A stretch of 41,111 nucleotides of DNA from Octopus bimaculoides (lineage: Eukaryota), in the NCBI RefSeq assembly GCF_001194135.2, contig NC_068988.1, forward strand, positions 27,226,120-27,267,230, read 5' to 3'. The translations under genes were made by a program, and so were the position numbers. Under the pieces are notes generated by a model. That model did not search any database. It had not been told where the DNA came from and saw nothing but the letters and a program-made list of their open reading frames with translations. Position 1 is the first letter of the stretch. Each line of letters opens with the position of its first letter. Of this stretch, positions 11,516 through 22,512 are shown piece by piece.

Positions 11516-11749
11516 CTTATAAATTGGTTGAGGAATGACAACTGCCAACCCCTACTTGTCATTTCTTCACATCCTGACACAAACAGTCTCAACCCTAACG
11601 TGAATAGAAGTTTAACAGTTGCAGTTTAAGTGTTAAACTACTAACCATCTGCCCAGGCTTTTTAAACCTTACTGCACATATGCATTGCCCATGTTAACCT
11701 CCAACATCCACAGGTACTCCCAACAAAATGTTATACTATATTTGAAGAT

Positions 11750-12187
11750 AGGAGTGGCTGTGTGGTAAGTAGCTTGCTTACCAACCACATGGTTCTGGGT
11801 TCAGTCCCACTGCATGGTACCTTGAGCAAGTGTCTTCGACTATAACCTNNNNNNNNNNTGGTACCTTGAGCAAGTGTCTTCGACTATAACCTCGGGTTGA
11901 CCAAAGCCTTGTGAGTGGATTTGGTAGACGGAAACTGAAAGAAGCCTGTCATGTATGTATATGTATATATATATATATATGCGTGTGTGTGTCTGTGTTT
12001 GTCCCCCCAACATCACTTGACAACTGATGCTGGTGTGTTTACATACCCGTAATCTAGCGGTTTGGCAAAAGAGACCGATAGAATAAGTACTAGGCTTACA
12101 AAAAATAAGTCCTGGGGTTAATTTGCTCGACTAAAGGTAGTGCTCCAGCATGGCTGCAGTCAAATGACTCAAACAAGTAAAAGAATA
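11750..12187 (+). mobile_element. SINE family A, full length (contains a small gap)
   Basis: Same head, microsatellite and tail. Confidence 0.9.
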
Positions 12188-12304
12188 TAAGATGCCTCAA
12201 AAAATTAAAAAATCACTGCAGATCTTATACATGAAATTGTTTTGGATATTACACGCTTTAATGCACTAAAAACTTTTTTCTTCAATCACATAAAAAGTAC
12301 TCAG

Positions 12305-12475
12305 CTCACTGTGGAGTGGGGTGGTTGGTGTTAGGAAAGGCATCCAACCATAAAAACCATGCCAAAACAGACACAGAAGTATGATGCAGACTTCTGCCTA
12401 GTTGGTTCCTGTCAAACTGTCCAACCCATGCCAGCATGGAAGGGAGACGTTAAACAATGATGATGATAATGATGA
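12305..12475 (+). mobile_element. RTE-type 3' tail
   Basis: GTTAGGAAAGGCATCC...CCATGCCAGCATGGAAG...GTTAAAC(GAT)n. Confidence 0.75.
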
Positions 12476-13279
12476 CACGTTGCTGAAAATGGAATGCATC
12501 TAATATGCATGTACATCGTTTATGCTATCAAATATGGTAAATTTTTTTTTTCTGTATTCTACCAGAGCTAACTACTTGTCAAATGAAAACCTGAAAGAAG
12601 AGAATTAGCAAATGGTAATGCCAGGAATGTGGTACAAGCTAAGCTATACAACATTACTAATAACTCCACATTGTCTATTACAACACCAATAAACACTATT
12701 GTATTATTTATGAAATGCTAATGTAATATTTAAAAAGGGCAGTTGTTTTGGGAGAATCAATAAAATGTCTGACAAAATGCCTTGCTGTATTTATTTACAA
12801 CCCTTTACATTTTGAGCTCAATTCCTACTACAGTTGAAGTTCTTTTTCATCCTTCTAGAATCAATTAAATACAGTACCGGCCAAAAACTGGCACTGATAT
12901 AAGCAACTGTTCCCTTCCCCAGAATCTGAGGCTTTGTGTATATGAAAGAAATCAATATTAGATCAGTCATCGTCATCATCATTATCATCGTTTAATGTCC
13001 GCCTTTCATGCTGGCTAGGTTTCTACAGCTGGATGCCCTTCCTAATGCCAAGATGTACAAATACAGGAATATCAAATACCATACAACATAAATATTGGTT
13101 TATCAAAATTGCTTCTGCCTCTGGAGACGTGTCATAATTGAGGCACCAAATGGGCACTTGTACATGTCACTGCATGGGTCCATCAATATAAAAAACTTAA
13201 CATTAATGCTGCCTGATAAAACAAACAAGTAATGCAGTGTCTCACTAACACAAAGAGACAATCAAAAGAACATGGTAAC

Positions 13280-13612
13280 TCAGTGGAATTTGAACTCAGA
13301 ATGTAAAGACAGACAAAATGCAGCGAAGCATTTTGCCCGATGAGATAACAACTCTGTCACATTGCCATATTACACAACAAGGAATATTAATAATTCTTTT
13401 CTACTCTAGGCACAAGGCCTGAAATTTTTTGGGGGAATGGGCCAGTCAATTAGATCGATACCAGTATGCAACTGGTACTTAATTTATCAACCCCGAAAGA
13501 ATGAAAGGCAAAGTCGACCTTGGCGGAATTTGAACTCAGAACGTAAAGACAGATAAAACACCGCTAAGCATTTTGCCCAGCGTGCTAATGTTTCTGCCAG
13601 CTCATCACCTTG
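13280..13612 (-). mobile_element. SINE family B (head fragment plus full copy)
   Basis: Same motifs as 11365-11515. Confidence 0.85.
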
Positions 13613-13714
13613 AAAGAAATATTAATTGTAACATAAAAGGAATTATAGAAGACAGTAGAATTAAATGGACTATTGATCGTATGGTCAGGAATTAAAACCT
13701 TAATTTTTTTTATC

Positions 13715-13995
13715 CTCTTTTATGTCTGGTATCTTTTACTTATTTCAATCATTGGACTGTGGCCATGCTGGGGTACTGCCTGAAAGAGTTTTAGTCAAAC
13801 AGATCAACCCCCAACACTTTTTTTAAAGCCTGGTGCTTATTCTATCAGTCACTTTTGCCACACTAAGTTAAAGGGACATAAATAAACTAACACCAGTCTT
13901 GAAGCAGTGGGGTGGAACAAACACAGGTACAAAACACACACACACACACACAACAGACTTCCACAGTTTCCATCTACCAAATTCACTCACAAACA
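13715..13995 (-). mobile_element. SINE family A, diverged, 5' truncated
   Basis: Reverse complement of the family A body and tail. Confidence 0.8.
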
Positions 13996-14494
13996 TTGGT
14001 CAGCCAGGGTTATAGGGGTACTTCTAATAAACAGTATACAAGATAGAGCTATAGGGGTACTTCTAATAAACAGTAAACAAGGGAATCACCCTCTTAGAAA
14101 ATGTAGACAATTATCTCTCAAATCATACTCTACTGTCTTGAAAAAGAAAAGATGCTGGATGACAGTCATAAATACACAATACCTAAAAGACGATGGAATG
14201 GTCACAATTGGAATGCTTTGATCAAGGGCTAATCAACAACACATTGCTGCAGTCAACATTTAAAACTGAAATGATTAAAGAAAAAAAGATGGAACCAGAG
14301 GTCAGCATTGTGTTTCTAACAAGAAACAACTCTCAACACACTTAGATGTTAAACAATATATTATATTAAACTATAAAGTTATTCCGCTGAGGTCGACTTT
14401 GCCTTTCATACTTTCAGGGTCGATTGAATAAGTACCAGTTACACACTGGGGTCGATGTAATCAACTACGTGGCAATAAGGAAATAAATATACTC

Positions 14495-14700
14495 TCTCTT
14501 TTTACTTGTTTCAGTCATTTGACTGCGGCCATGCTGGAGCACCGCCTTTAGTCGAGCAAATCGACCCCAGGACTTATTCTTTGGAAGCCTAGTACTTATT
14601 TTATCGGTCTCTTTTGCCGAACCGCTAAGTTGCGGAGACGTAAACACACCAGCATCGGTTGTCAAGCGATGCTGAGGGGACAAACACAGACACACAAACA
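14495..14700 (-). mobile_element. SINE family A, 3' half, near consensus
   Basis: TTACTTGTTTCAGTCATTTGACTGCGGCCATGCTGGAGCACCGCC... Confidence 0.9.
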
Positions 14701-15074
14701 TATATATTGTATAATGTATCCTAGGTATGATTTTGAACTGCATCAGGTACTGGGAGGCCCTAGTTAAGGAGTTAAAGGGTTTTGAGGAATGCAGAACCAC
14801 CTCTTAGCTACTATTATTCCCAGAGTTAATCTGACCTGGAATAGTAGCTCCTAGTAGGGTCCCCCCTTAATCAGCATGTCACAGAATTGCCTCCAGGAGA
14901 AGGTCACTTACAGACACCCCAGTGAAACCAGGTTAGATGAGGTCCTTCAGCTCTTTAGCTGCTCAGCTCCTGTCAAACTCATACTAACATGGAAAACGGA
15001 TGTTAAACAACAATGATGTATACACATGTATGTGTGCATACATATACATTTATATATACACACTTAAATTATAG

Positions 15075-15445
15075 GGAAGTTGCCGAAGAGGGAGACCCAG
15101 GAAGACATGAAACAAAGTATTGAAGGGCGATCTCAAAACACTGGACCTTACTAAGGAGATGACAGAGGACTGAGATGCATGGCACATTATTGTACTCAAG
15201 AAAACCAGCCCACCACAACAGAATCAAGATCCTAAAACTAAGGTGCCATGTTAAAAGGAATAGTTTGGGTGCTAGTGTCACGTAAAAAGCACCCTGTACA
15301 CTGTAAAGTGGTTGGCATTAGGAAGGGCATCCAGTCGTAGAAACCAAACGAAAACAGACAATGGAAACCAGTGTGGCACCTAGCCTAGCCAGTTCCTGTC
15401 AAGCCGTCCAACCAATGCCAGCATGGAAAACGGACGTTCAATGTT
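15075..15445 (+). mobile_element. RTE LINE 3' end (ORF2 C-terminus plus 3' UTR tail)
   Basis: GSCRRGRPRKT*NKVLKGDLKTLDLTKEMTED*DAW, then GTAAAAAGCACCC...AGGAAGGGCATCCAG...AGCATGGAAAACGGACGTT. Confidence 0.8.
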
Positions 15446-16299
15446 ATGTATGTGTGTGTGTGTATAGGTATACAAAAACAACCTCAGTTCACAAAAAGTT
15501 GTCGTAAAATTATCAAATATACTATCTATATGTTACAACAGCAACCCATACCTTAATCAATCGTATGTACTTACATATGTCGTAGAAGATGTGGAGATGC
15601 TCGTTGATTTTGTAATTTATCAAAATTAAAATGTTACATGAGAAGTAGTAAGAAAAACAGTCAAAATTTATGGCAAATTAAGCAATTAGAGCCTCGTTCT
15701 TGTTGGCATTTTGAGATTTTAACTTTTGGTATTCTAGTGTTCGTTATATTCTGTTTTTGTTTACGAGTAAAGAAGAAAGAATTTTTAAAGTCACTGCCTA
15801 TGGTCGACACTGAGACCAGGCAGACCGATGATCAAAGTTATTCTAGCTGTAACCATTACGCCTTTTTTTTATTTTATTTTTTAAGGGTAAAACTAGGATT
15901 ATATTATTCCGTGTGTCGAACAAATATTCAACTATTCCGGTAGTAACAATGCCTTAATAACAGCTGCTGAATCATTGCAAACAATTATGTCCCTTCCATA
16001 TTCTTCCAGTTTCTTAAATGAACTTGAGGATACTATCTGGGACTTTATCACAAGAAGTCTAACGTTATGGACAGAACTATCCGGTAAATGGCCCTATCCG
16101 AAACATTAGGGTTGTCTTCTTCCTCGCGCCAAAAATTTATTCCATTTTTATGTACGACGCATCGTCATCCGTTTCCACGGATTCCATTGTTTCACTTCTG
16201 GATTTAAAACATAACATTTATCTCCCTTAGATTAAACAATTTCAAAATTCTTCGCATTCAACAAGGTTTTGATTATCGATCTAAAGAATTTATTCTTAC

Positions 16300-16306
16300 C
16301 AGTCCG
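16300..16306 (-). other. Candidate 7-nt microexon (CGGACTG) in the OSER1 intron
   Basis: On the minus strand: ttttttgttttgtttttctatag|CGGACTG|gtaaga, with a branch-like ctaattaac upstream. Confidence 0.4.
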
Positions 16307-16387
16307 CTATAGAAAAACAAAACAAAAAATTTCTTTAACCGTTAATTAGATCTAAATTTGAAAAATCAGTTTTCGAACCAAAATACT

Positions 16388-16710
16388 AGGTGCAGGCATG
16401 GCTATGTGGTAAGAAGTTTGCTTCCCAACCACATGGTTGCGGGTTCAGTTCCACTACATGGCAACAACCACAGACCAGCGTTGAACAAAGCTTTTAAGAA
16501 AGAAGTCGTGGTGTGTGTCCATGTTTGTCCCCAACCACGGTTGACTTATTTATGTCTCCGTAACTTAACGGTTCGGTAAAAAGCGACAGATACAAACAGT
16601 ACCAAGTTGTAACAAAAAAATTAAGTACTGGAAGTGATTCATTCGACTAAAAATTCTTCAATGCGATGCCCCAGCATGGTCGCAGTCGAGTCACCGGTAC
16701 AAGTAAAAAA
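16388..16710 (+). mobile_element. SINE family A variant
   Basis: GGCATGGCTATGTGGTAAGAAG head and GCCCCAGCATGG tail. Confidence 0.8.
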
Positions 16711-17195
16711 AATATAAAGACTTAAAGACCATTTGCCTCTAATATTTAATCAAGGAATCGTAAGCTATATCAATATTCTCAAGGGTATTTGTCTTTTATA
16801 AATAGCAAATCAGTTTTTGTAATGGGAATCCAACTGATTGAAATGGATCGATTCTAACACGAAATGTTCAGTTATGCTACATCAAATTTGGGTGTAGGAG
16901 TAAATTGCATGCATTATAGCATGAGTGATGATGATGATAGTGAATGGCGGAAATTGCGGTGACATGGCATTATTTTTAGGTTCGATTTTACGAGGGAGGG
17001 CCAAAAAAAAAACAAGGAGTGTATTTATTAGTCATTAGTAGTTTACAGGGTTGCGATTATTGATCAGAACAATGCCGGTTTAGGATTACTAGAAATTACA
17101 AATGAAATTATCAATAAAATAAATAAATGAAAGAACTTTTTTTTTTTAATGAAAAGGGAGGCGGGAAAGACGGAAAACAATGTTGAGATATTTAC

Positions 17196-17551
17196 CAGGT
17201 TTTAGAATCAAGCTCCAACAGTTCGAAAGCATTGTGTAATCCAAGATCGGAGTTGTTACTGAATTCATTCTGTATATTTTCTACGGTACTGTGGTTGTCG
17301 CTATTACTGCTGCCGCTGTTGCTGTTAGTGTTAGAGTTAGTATTATTGTTGTTGTTGTTCGTGGTAGAAGTAATAGTGGTGGTAGTAGTAATTGTTGTAG
17401 TAGTTGCAGCTGTTTCAGTTGCCGTTGTCGAGTTACCAATGATAGTGCTAGCTGCCACTGCCGTCACGCCGCCGCCAAGACTGCAGTTGTCGTTCTTCTC
17501 ATTGATGAGACCAACAGGCGGCTGTGTGATGTTGTTATTGATTTCTGACAT
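17196..17551 (-). CDS. OSER1: OSER1 homologue, first coding exon
   Basis: ORF 17192..17551 ends SDLGLHNAFELLELDSKT, similar to the OSER1 N-terminal motif ESLQTAFKKLRVD. The donor TG|GTAAAT is phase 2 and joins the 6994 exon as TGG (W) in frame. Upstream is an acceptor (AAG/CAG at 17572/17569) after a long AG-free stretch with a CTAAC branch-like motif. Confidence 0.8.
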
Positions 17552-17779
17552 TGTTTACTGGCGATCGACTGCTTGGTTGGTGGTTGGTAGGTTAAGAACG
17601 AAGAAATATATTAAAAAAAATTTGGTAAGTTAGCAGAACGATTATTAGTAAAACGAAGAAAAAAAAAACAACACAGAATTACTAAGAGAAAGGCATATAT
17701 TAAACATATTTCACAAATCAAGGCAGATACGAATACAATATATAATTGCTGTTCTTGTTAGTGGCCGTGAAAGTGACGA

Positions 17780-18240
17780 AAACAATGGTCTTTATGATAT
17801 TGGTTTCAATTTTTGGCACAAGGCCAGTAATTCCGGAGGAGTGGGGAAAGTCGATTACATTGGTCTCAGTGTTCAACTATTTTATTTTATCGACCTCGAA
17901 TGGATGAAAGGCAAAATCGAACTAGCCGTAATTTGAACTCGGAAACGTAAAGACAGACGAAATGCCGCTCGGCATTTTGCCCGGCGTGCTAACGATTCTG
18001 TCAGCTGGCCAGTTCTTTATAATATTCTTTTCTACTCAAGGCACAACGCCTGAAATTTTAGAGGAAGGGGCCTGTCGATTAAGATCGACTCCAGTACACA
18101 ACTGGTACTTAATTTATCGACCCCGAAAGGATGAAAGGTGAAGTCGACCTCGGCGGAATTTGAACTCAGAACGTAAAGACAGACGAAATACCGCTAAGCA
18201 TTTCGCCCGGCGTGCTAACGTCTCTGCCAGCTCGCTGCCT
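17780..18240 (-). mobile_element. Two tandem SINE family B copies
   Basis: An older copy at about 17780-18010 and a near-consensus copy at about 18020-18240. Confidence 0.88.
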
Positions 18241-18702
18241 CAATTCTTTATAATAATGGTAAAACAAGATACGGACCATGGGCCACGAGATATAAATTTC
18301 ATCGTTTTAAATAGAAACCTTGCCAAAAGTTATTAATATGGTGCCGTGAACCCTGCTCAGGCTTATTTCTTTAATCGCTAAAAATATAAAAAATTGATGG
18401 GTAGCCTAAAGTGCATGCAGGATCATTGAGATTGTGTGAAAATTGTGTTAAAACAAATGCGGGACGCCAGAGAATTGACGAAGTGAGGACTGTACTGCAC
18501 ACTCCGACATGCAGTCGGAAATATGCTGTGGTTGATTCAAATAACAATACCATCGTTTCATACAATACAGGCTTTGTGTGTTGTCTTTTAAGAATAAAGC
18601 TTTCAATGAATCGGTTTTTATTTTCGTGTTTAGTTAATTCGCTTCATTTGTCTTGAGACCCACTACACAACTTAATTTCCGATGCCTATATACACAAATC
18701 TA

Positions 18703-18935
18703 GGTGCCGGTGCAGTATATGATCTACATACATGTTTCTGGTATAGCTTGTGATCTACATTAGTTCAAATGGTATAGTTTGTGATCTACACCAACTTTTT
18801 TTAAAATTCATCAATTTATTTACTCGACTTCCGGTTGGTTTGGTATATAAACCAAAAAAAAAACTTTTATGATTTAACAAGATTCTGAATGTAGATCACA
18901 ATGTTATATAAATGATCACATTCTATACCGGCATC
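18703..18935. mobile_element. Candidate MITE with GTGATCTACA subterminal repeats
   Basis: Ends GGTGCCGGT / ACCGGCATC; 8-bp near-TSD CAAATCTA / CAAATATA; direct and inverted (G/A)TGATCTACA motifs. Confidence 0.55.
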
Positions 18936-19255
18936 CAAATATATATATGTGTGTGGTCTCGTGTTTATATAAATCATTATTATGCTTGTTTAAAAAAACG
19001 TTTATTTATTAAGGAAGACATTTCCAGTTAACCTCTTAATGAACGAATATGTACTCAGAATTAGTTTTAAGTTTCTGTGGAATTAAATACTTGAGAGATA
19101 AATCTTCCCTGGTTGGAATTGTGTGTTGAACATTATAGGAATCTTCTTCACATGTGAGTCAGGGCAGACTTTCAGAATAACCGTCATTCTGTTGTTCTAC
19201 TTTTGAGCATACTTTGTAAATATATCTTACATAAACGAGGGGGCCTCTATGAGGT

Positions 19256-19478
19256 GGTACTACTAAAGCAGCGCGGACCCGAACGCGCAGTCGCGCGTCC
19301 GCGCTAGCTAGTCGTGAGTGGTCGATCCTAACCCTAAACACATTCATTTGCACACGCGGGTTAGGGATAGGGTTAGGGTTAGGGATAGGGACAGGGTTAG
19401 GGATAGGGTCGACCACTCAAGACTAGCTAGCGCGGACGCGCGACTGCGCGTTCGGGTCCGCGCTGCTTTAGTAGTACC
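19256..19478. mobile_element. Young foldback MITE, Merlin-like (alternatively Mutator-like), with internal TTAGGG-type repeats
   Basis: 70-bp TIRs (19256-19325 and 19409-19478, one mismatch) starting GGTAC; perfect 9-bp TSD CTATGAGGT at 19247-19255 and 19479-19487. Confidence 0.9.
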
Positions 19479-20058
19479 CTATGAGGTCGCTGGACAATAC
19501 TGGAAATATAAATCAAACCCTAATGGGTTAAAAACACAAAGGGCAGTTCTAAATACACTTGTCAATAAAATAAGGAATGGCCACGATTTGCTCCAAATGA
19601 TGGCGAGATGAGGTTTCGCTAACCACGATACTGTCCCATCTAAAATTTCATATTAACAGTATCGAGAACGAAATCAACTTGTAGAAGCTTCTATCTAGGC
19701 GATCGCTCGATCAGCTAAAAGTAGTAGCCAAATCTCCCTAGTATCGTATTCTTCTTAAAAAATATATAATAAAAGAACAGCGTACCATAATCCTACAAAC
19801 TTATTAATGATTTGGTCATAGCTGGATACTGTCGATCAAAAGTCTCCTCCGTAAGAGTTAACTTAAAACTAAACAAATCATATTGTAAGGTTGATGATGT
19901 TTAAAATTTTATCACATGTCCATCAGTTAATACAAATCAGTAAAATTCTAGAACATTGATTCGAACTTCCTATCAGTTGTCAGTTTCCCTCCTTTAATAA
20001 GCCTCTGTATTAAAGACGTTATGTTATTTAGTAAAGAATTTGTCGCTGGTTTTAACTC

Positions 20059-20139
20059 CCAATCCATCAACCCTGCTCGAAGGCGCCAATCCATCAACCC
20101 TGCTCGAAGGCGCCAATCCATCAACCCTGCTCGAAGGCG
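20059..20139. repeat. Perfect 27-bp tandem repeat x3
   Basis: CCAATCCATCAACCCTGCTCGAAGGCG three times. Confidence 0.97.
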
Positions 20140-21247
20140 CCACTCTGTCTTTTTAAAGATGTCTAGGGATACGTTCATATCTATTATGTCCATCCCTTCT
20201 TCAAGACGGGAGGTTGTTAATAGAAGGCGATATGGCTGTGGTTTCTAGCAAGCTAAGAGCTGATATAGAGATTCCCTCAATTGTTCATAAAATTAAAATA
20301 AAAAAACCATGTAACACAGAAAAGTTCTTAGATTGAATCGATGAGTTGCTAAGTGACAGTGATGTAATTGCAATAAGAGTTATACCCTTATTGTAACAAA
20401 TTGGATCGTCTAAGAACTGCCCGTCGAAAACTTTCGAGATGGAAGAATTAAAAAGTTACAGAGAACCAAGATTTTAAAACGATCGAGTCGAATACGGAAA
20501 AGAGGTCGAAGTTGAAAAGTTCAAAATTAAAAGTTTGTTTAAATCACTAGTCACCCCGTGTGTGTATATATATGTATGTGTGTGTGTAAATATATGTATG
20601 TGTGTGTGTGTATATAAATATGTGTGTGTGTGTGTGTGTGAATTCTTATACAGTTACAAGGTAAAGGAATTAATTTGCTAAGTCCTGTTTAACTTTTCTG
20701 TTTTGAGATATGACTTAAATTATTAGTTTCAGTTTGTTTAATTTTTTTATCTTACGCAAATAATTTTACACCCAAACTTATATAATTTATAACTTCTTTT
20801 TTTTTTAAATTAGTTACGCGTGTTAAATACCAATGGAATATAAATGTCAGAATGAACAGAACATTCTATAAACGTGTATAAAAGAATTAAGTTGACTAAA
20901 AACCTGTGTACCATTGTAGTATACATGTACAAGAATGCTCCATTTAGAAACAAACTCAAAAATGAGATCAGTGCCCGTCTGAGATGAGAATTTACCAAAA
21001 GTTTTATTTAGAAGGAAATTTACAAAACAAAATGTATTCTTTTAACACGTTTTTATAAGATATAATAATGCAAACATTAAAGAATACGAAAAGTCATAGC
21101 TAAATTGATAACTTATTTCAATAGTTGTGATCGCTTTTAAATATAAATATATATAAATAAATGTGGGAATCGTGTTTAGTTTGTATGTTGCAAAGTACAA
21201 GCTTTGATATACAATACACTTTAACACGATTTATCATTTATATAAAT

Positions 21248-21282
<35 letters not shown>

Positions 21283-21595
21283 AACGCACGCAAACACATA
21301 TGTAGAGATACACCCACATATATATATATATATATATATAGTATTAGGGAAAATTTTATACTGTGAAACTTAATTTGATTTTAATTTTTAATAAATTGAT
21401 TTTAATTGAGTTTTTACCTGTAATTTGGGATTTTATCCCTAATATTATATATATATATATAGTGTTTTGTATTTAACGTTGTAATTAATGTTTCAAACAT
21501 GTGTATATATATATACATGCCGTGTTTTTCGTGTTAAGTAACAAACCATGGGGTCGAGGGTGATACAAAAATAACAAATTGAATTAGGCATTTAC

Positions 21596-21918
21596 CTTGA
21601 GGTTCTTTTACTGATCACTAATTTCTGAACAAATAATGTTTTTTTTTATTTATATTTTCGGGGGAAACGAAAATCGTCCGAAAATCAACCAATGTTACAT
21701 TCATCGTGTGACAGAAAGACAAAATTTCAAGGACCCGGGAATATTAAATGAATATAGAAGTGATTTTTTCCATTTACAAAGTAAACAGTTTCTCGAGTTA
21801 ACCTTGTCGATGGTGAAGCCAAAACAAACCAGGACAGCAACAACATAGACCAAGTAATGATACTAGAGTTTGACACGGAGAGGAGCAATGTAGAGAAGGA
21901 GATACGCAATAACTCTTG
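21596..21918 (-). other. Possible internal 5' UTR exon
   Basis: Acceptor tcttcctctatgtttattgtaaatag| and donor AAG|GTAAAT bracket unique sequence. No coding support. Confidence 0.3.
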
Positions 21919-21969
21919 CTATTTACAATAAACATAGAGGAAGATACACAGAAAAACATTGCGATGCAG

Positions 21970-22105
21970 CCATATATATATTTATATATATATGTGTGTG
22001 TGTGTATGTATATGTATGTGTGTGAGAGAGAGCTTTACGTTTTACCAACTAGCAACCAGCAGTATGTATATTTTGTAAACGTTGTTAAATCACATATATA
22101 CACAT

Positions 22106-22174
<69 letters not shown>

Positions 22175-22305
22175 CACAAACATGTGCATATATCTCTCCA
22201 CACACTACATATATATATATATATATATACATATATATTTATATGTATATATATATTTATATATATATATAGATAGATAGATATGTGTATATATGCATAC
22301 ATACA
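21970..22305. repeat. (TA)n/(TG)n/(CA)n microsatellite block
   Basis: Direct reading of the sequence. Confidence 0.95.
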
Positions 22306-22418
22306 TAGAACAGTAACCATGAGTAGGTTCGTAGAATATAATTATGGCGAAAAGTGTGAGCTTTAGTGTACACAGAAAAGAACGTATAAATATTTACAAA
22401 AACTAGATTTCCGCTCAC

Positions 22419-22512
22419 CTTTCGAAATCAGCCACCATGTACAAAAGACCCCAGAATTAAATTCGGATCTCTTAGGATCACATGTAACAACAACTAGCGC
22501 CATATTCGCCAT
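22419..22512 (-). other. Candidate first (5' UTR) exon of the OSER1 transcript; 5' end approximate
   Basis: Strong donor AAG|GTGAGC at 22418 lies just downstream (minus sense) of CRE and ATGGCG motifs. The link to OSER1 is inferred. Confidence 0.55.

Noticed and set aside
11590-11600. AACCCTAAC as a telomerase RNA template
   Set aside because: Short match inside an intron with no pseudoknot or H/ACA context; expected by chance.
11815-11892. 34-bp direct duplication flanking a 10-N gap inside a SINE
   Set aside because: Identical sequence on both sides of a tiny gap is the signature of an unmerged contig overlap, not biology.
14011-14078. 39-bp-period local duplication of TATAGGGGTACTTCTAATAAACAGTA
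   Set aside because: A small slippage-type duplication at a SINE edge with no further structure.
17232-17633. Plus-strand hydrophobic ORFs (133 aa and 85 aa)
   Set aside because: Antisense shadows of the Thr/Asn-rich OSER1 exon.
19159-19611. Overlapping ORFs sharing SRLASADARLRVRVRAALVVP on both strands
   Set aside because: Artefact of translating the two TIRs of the MITE.
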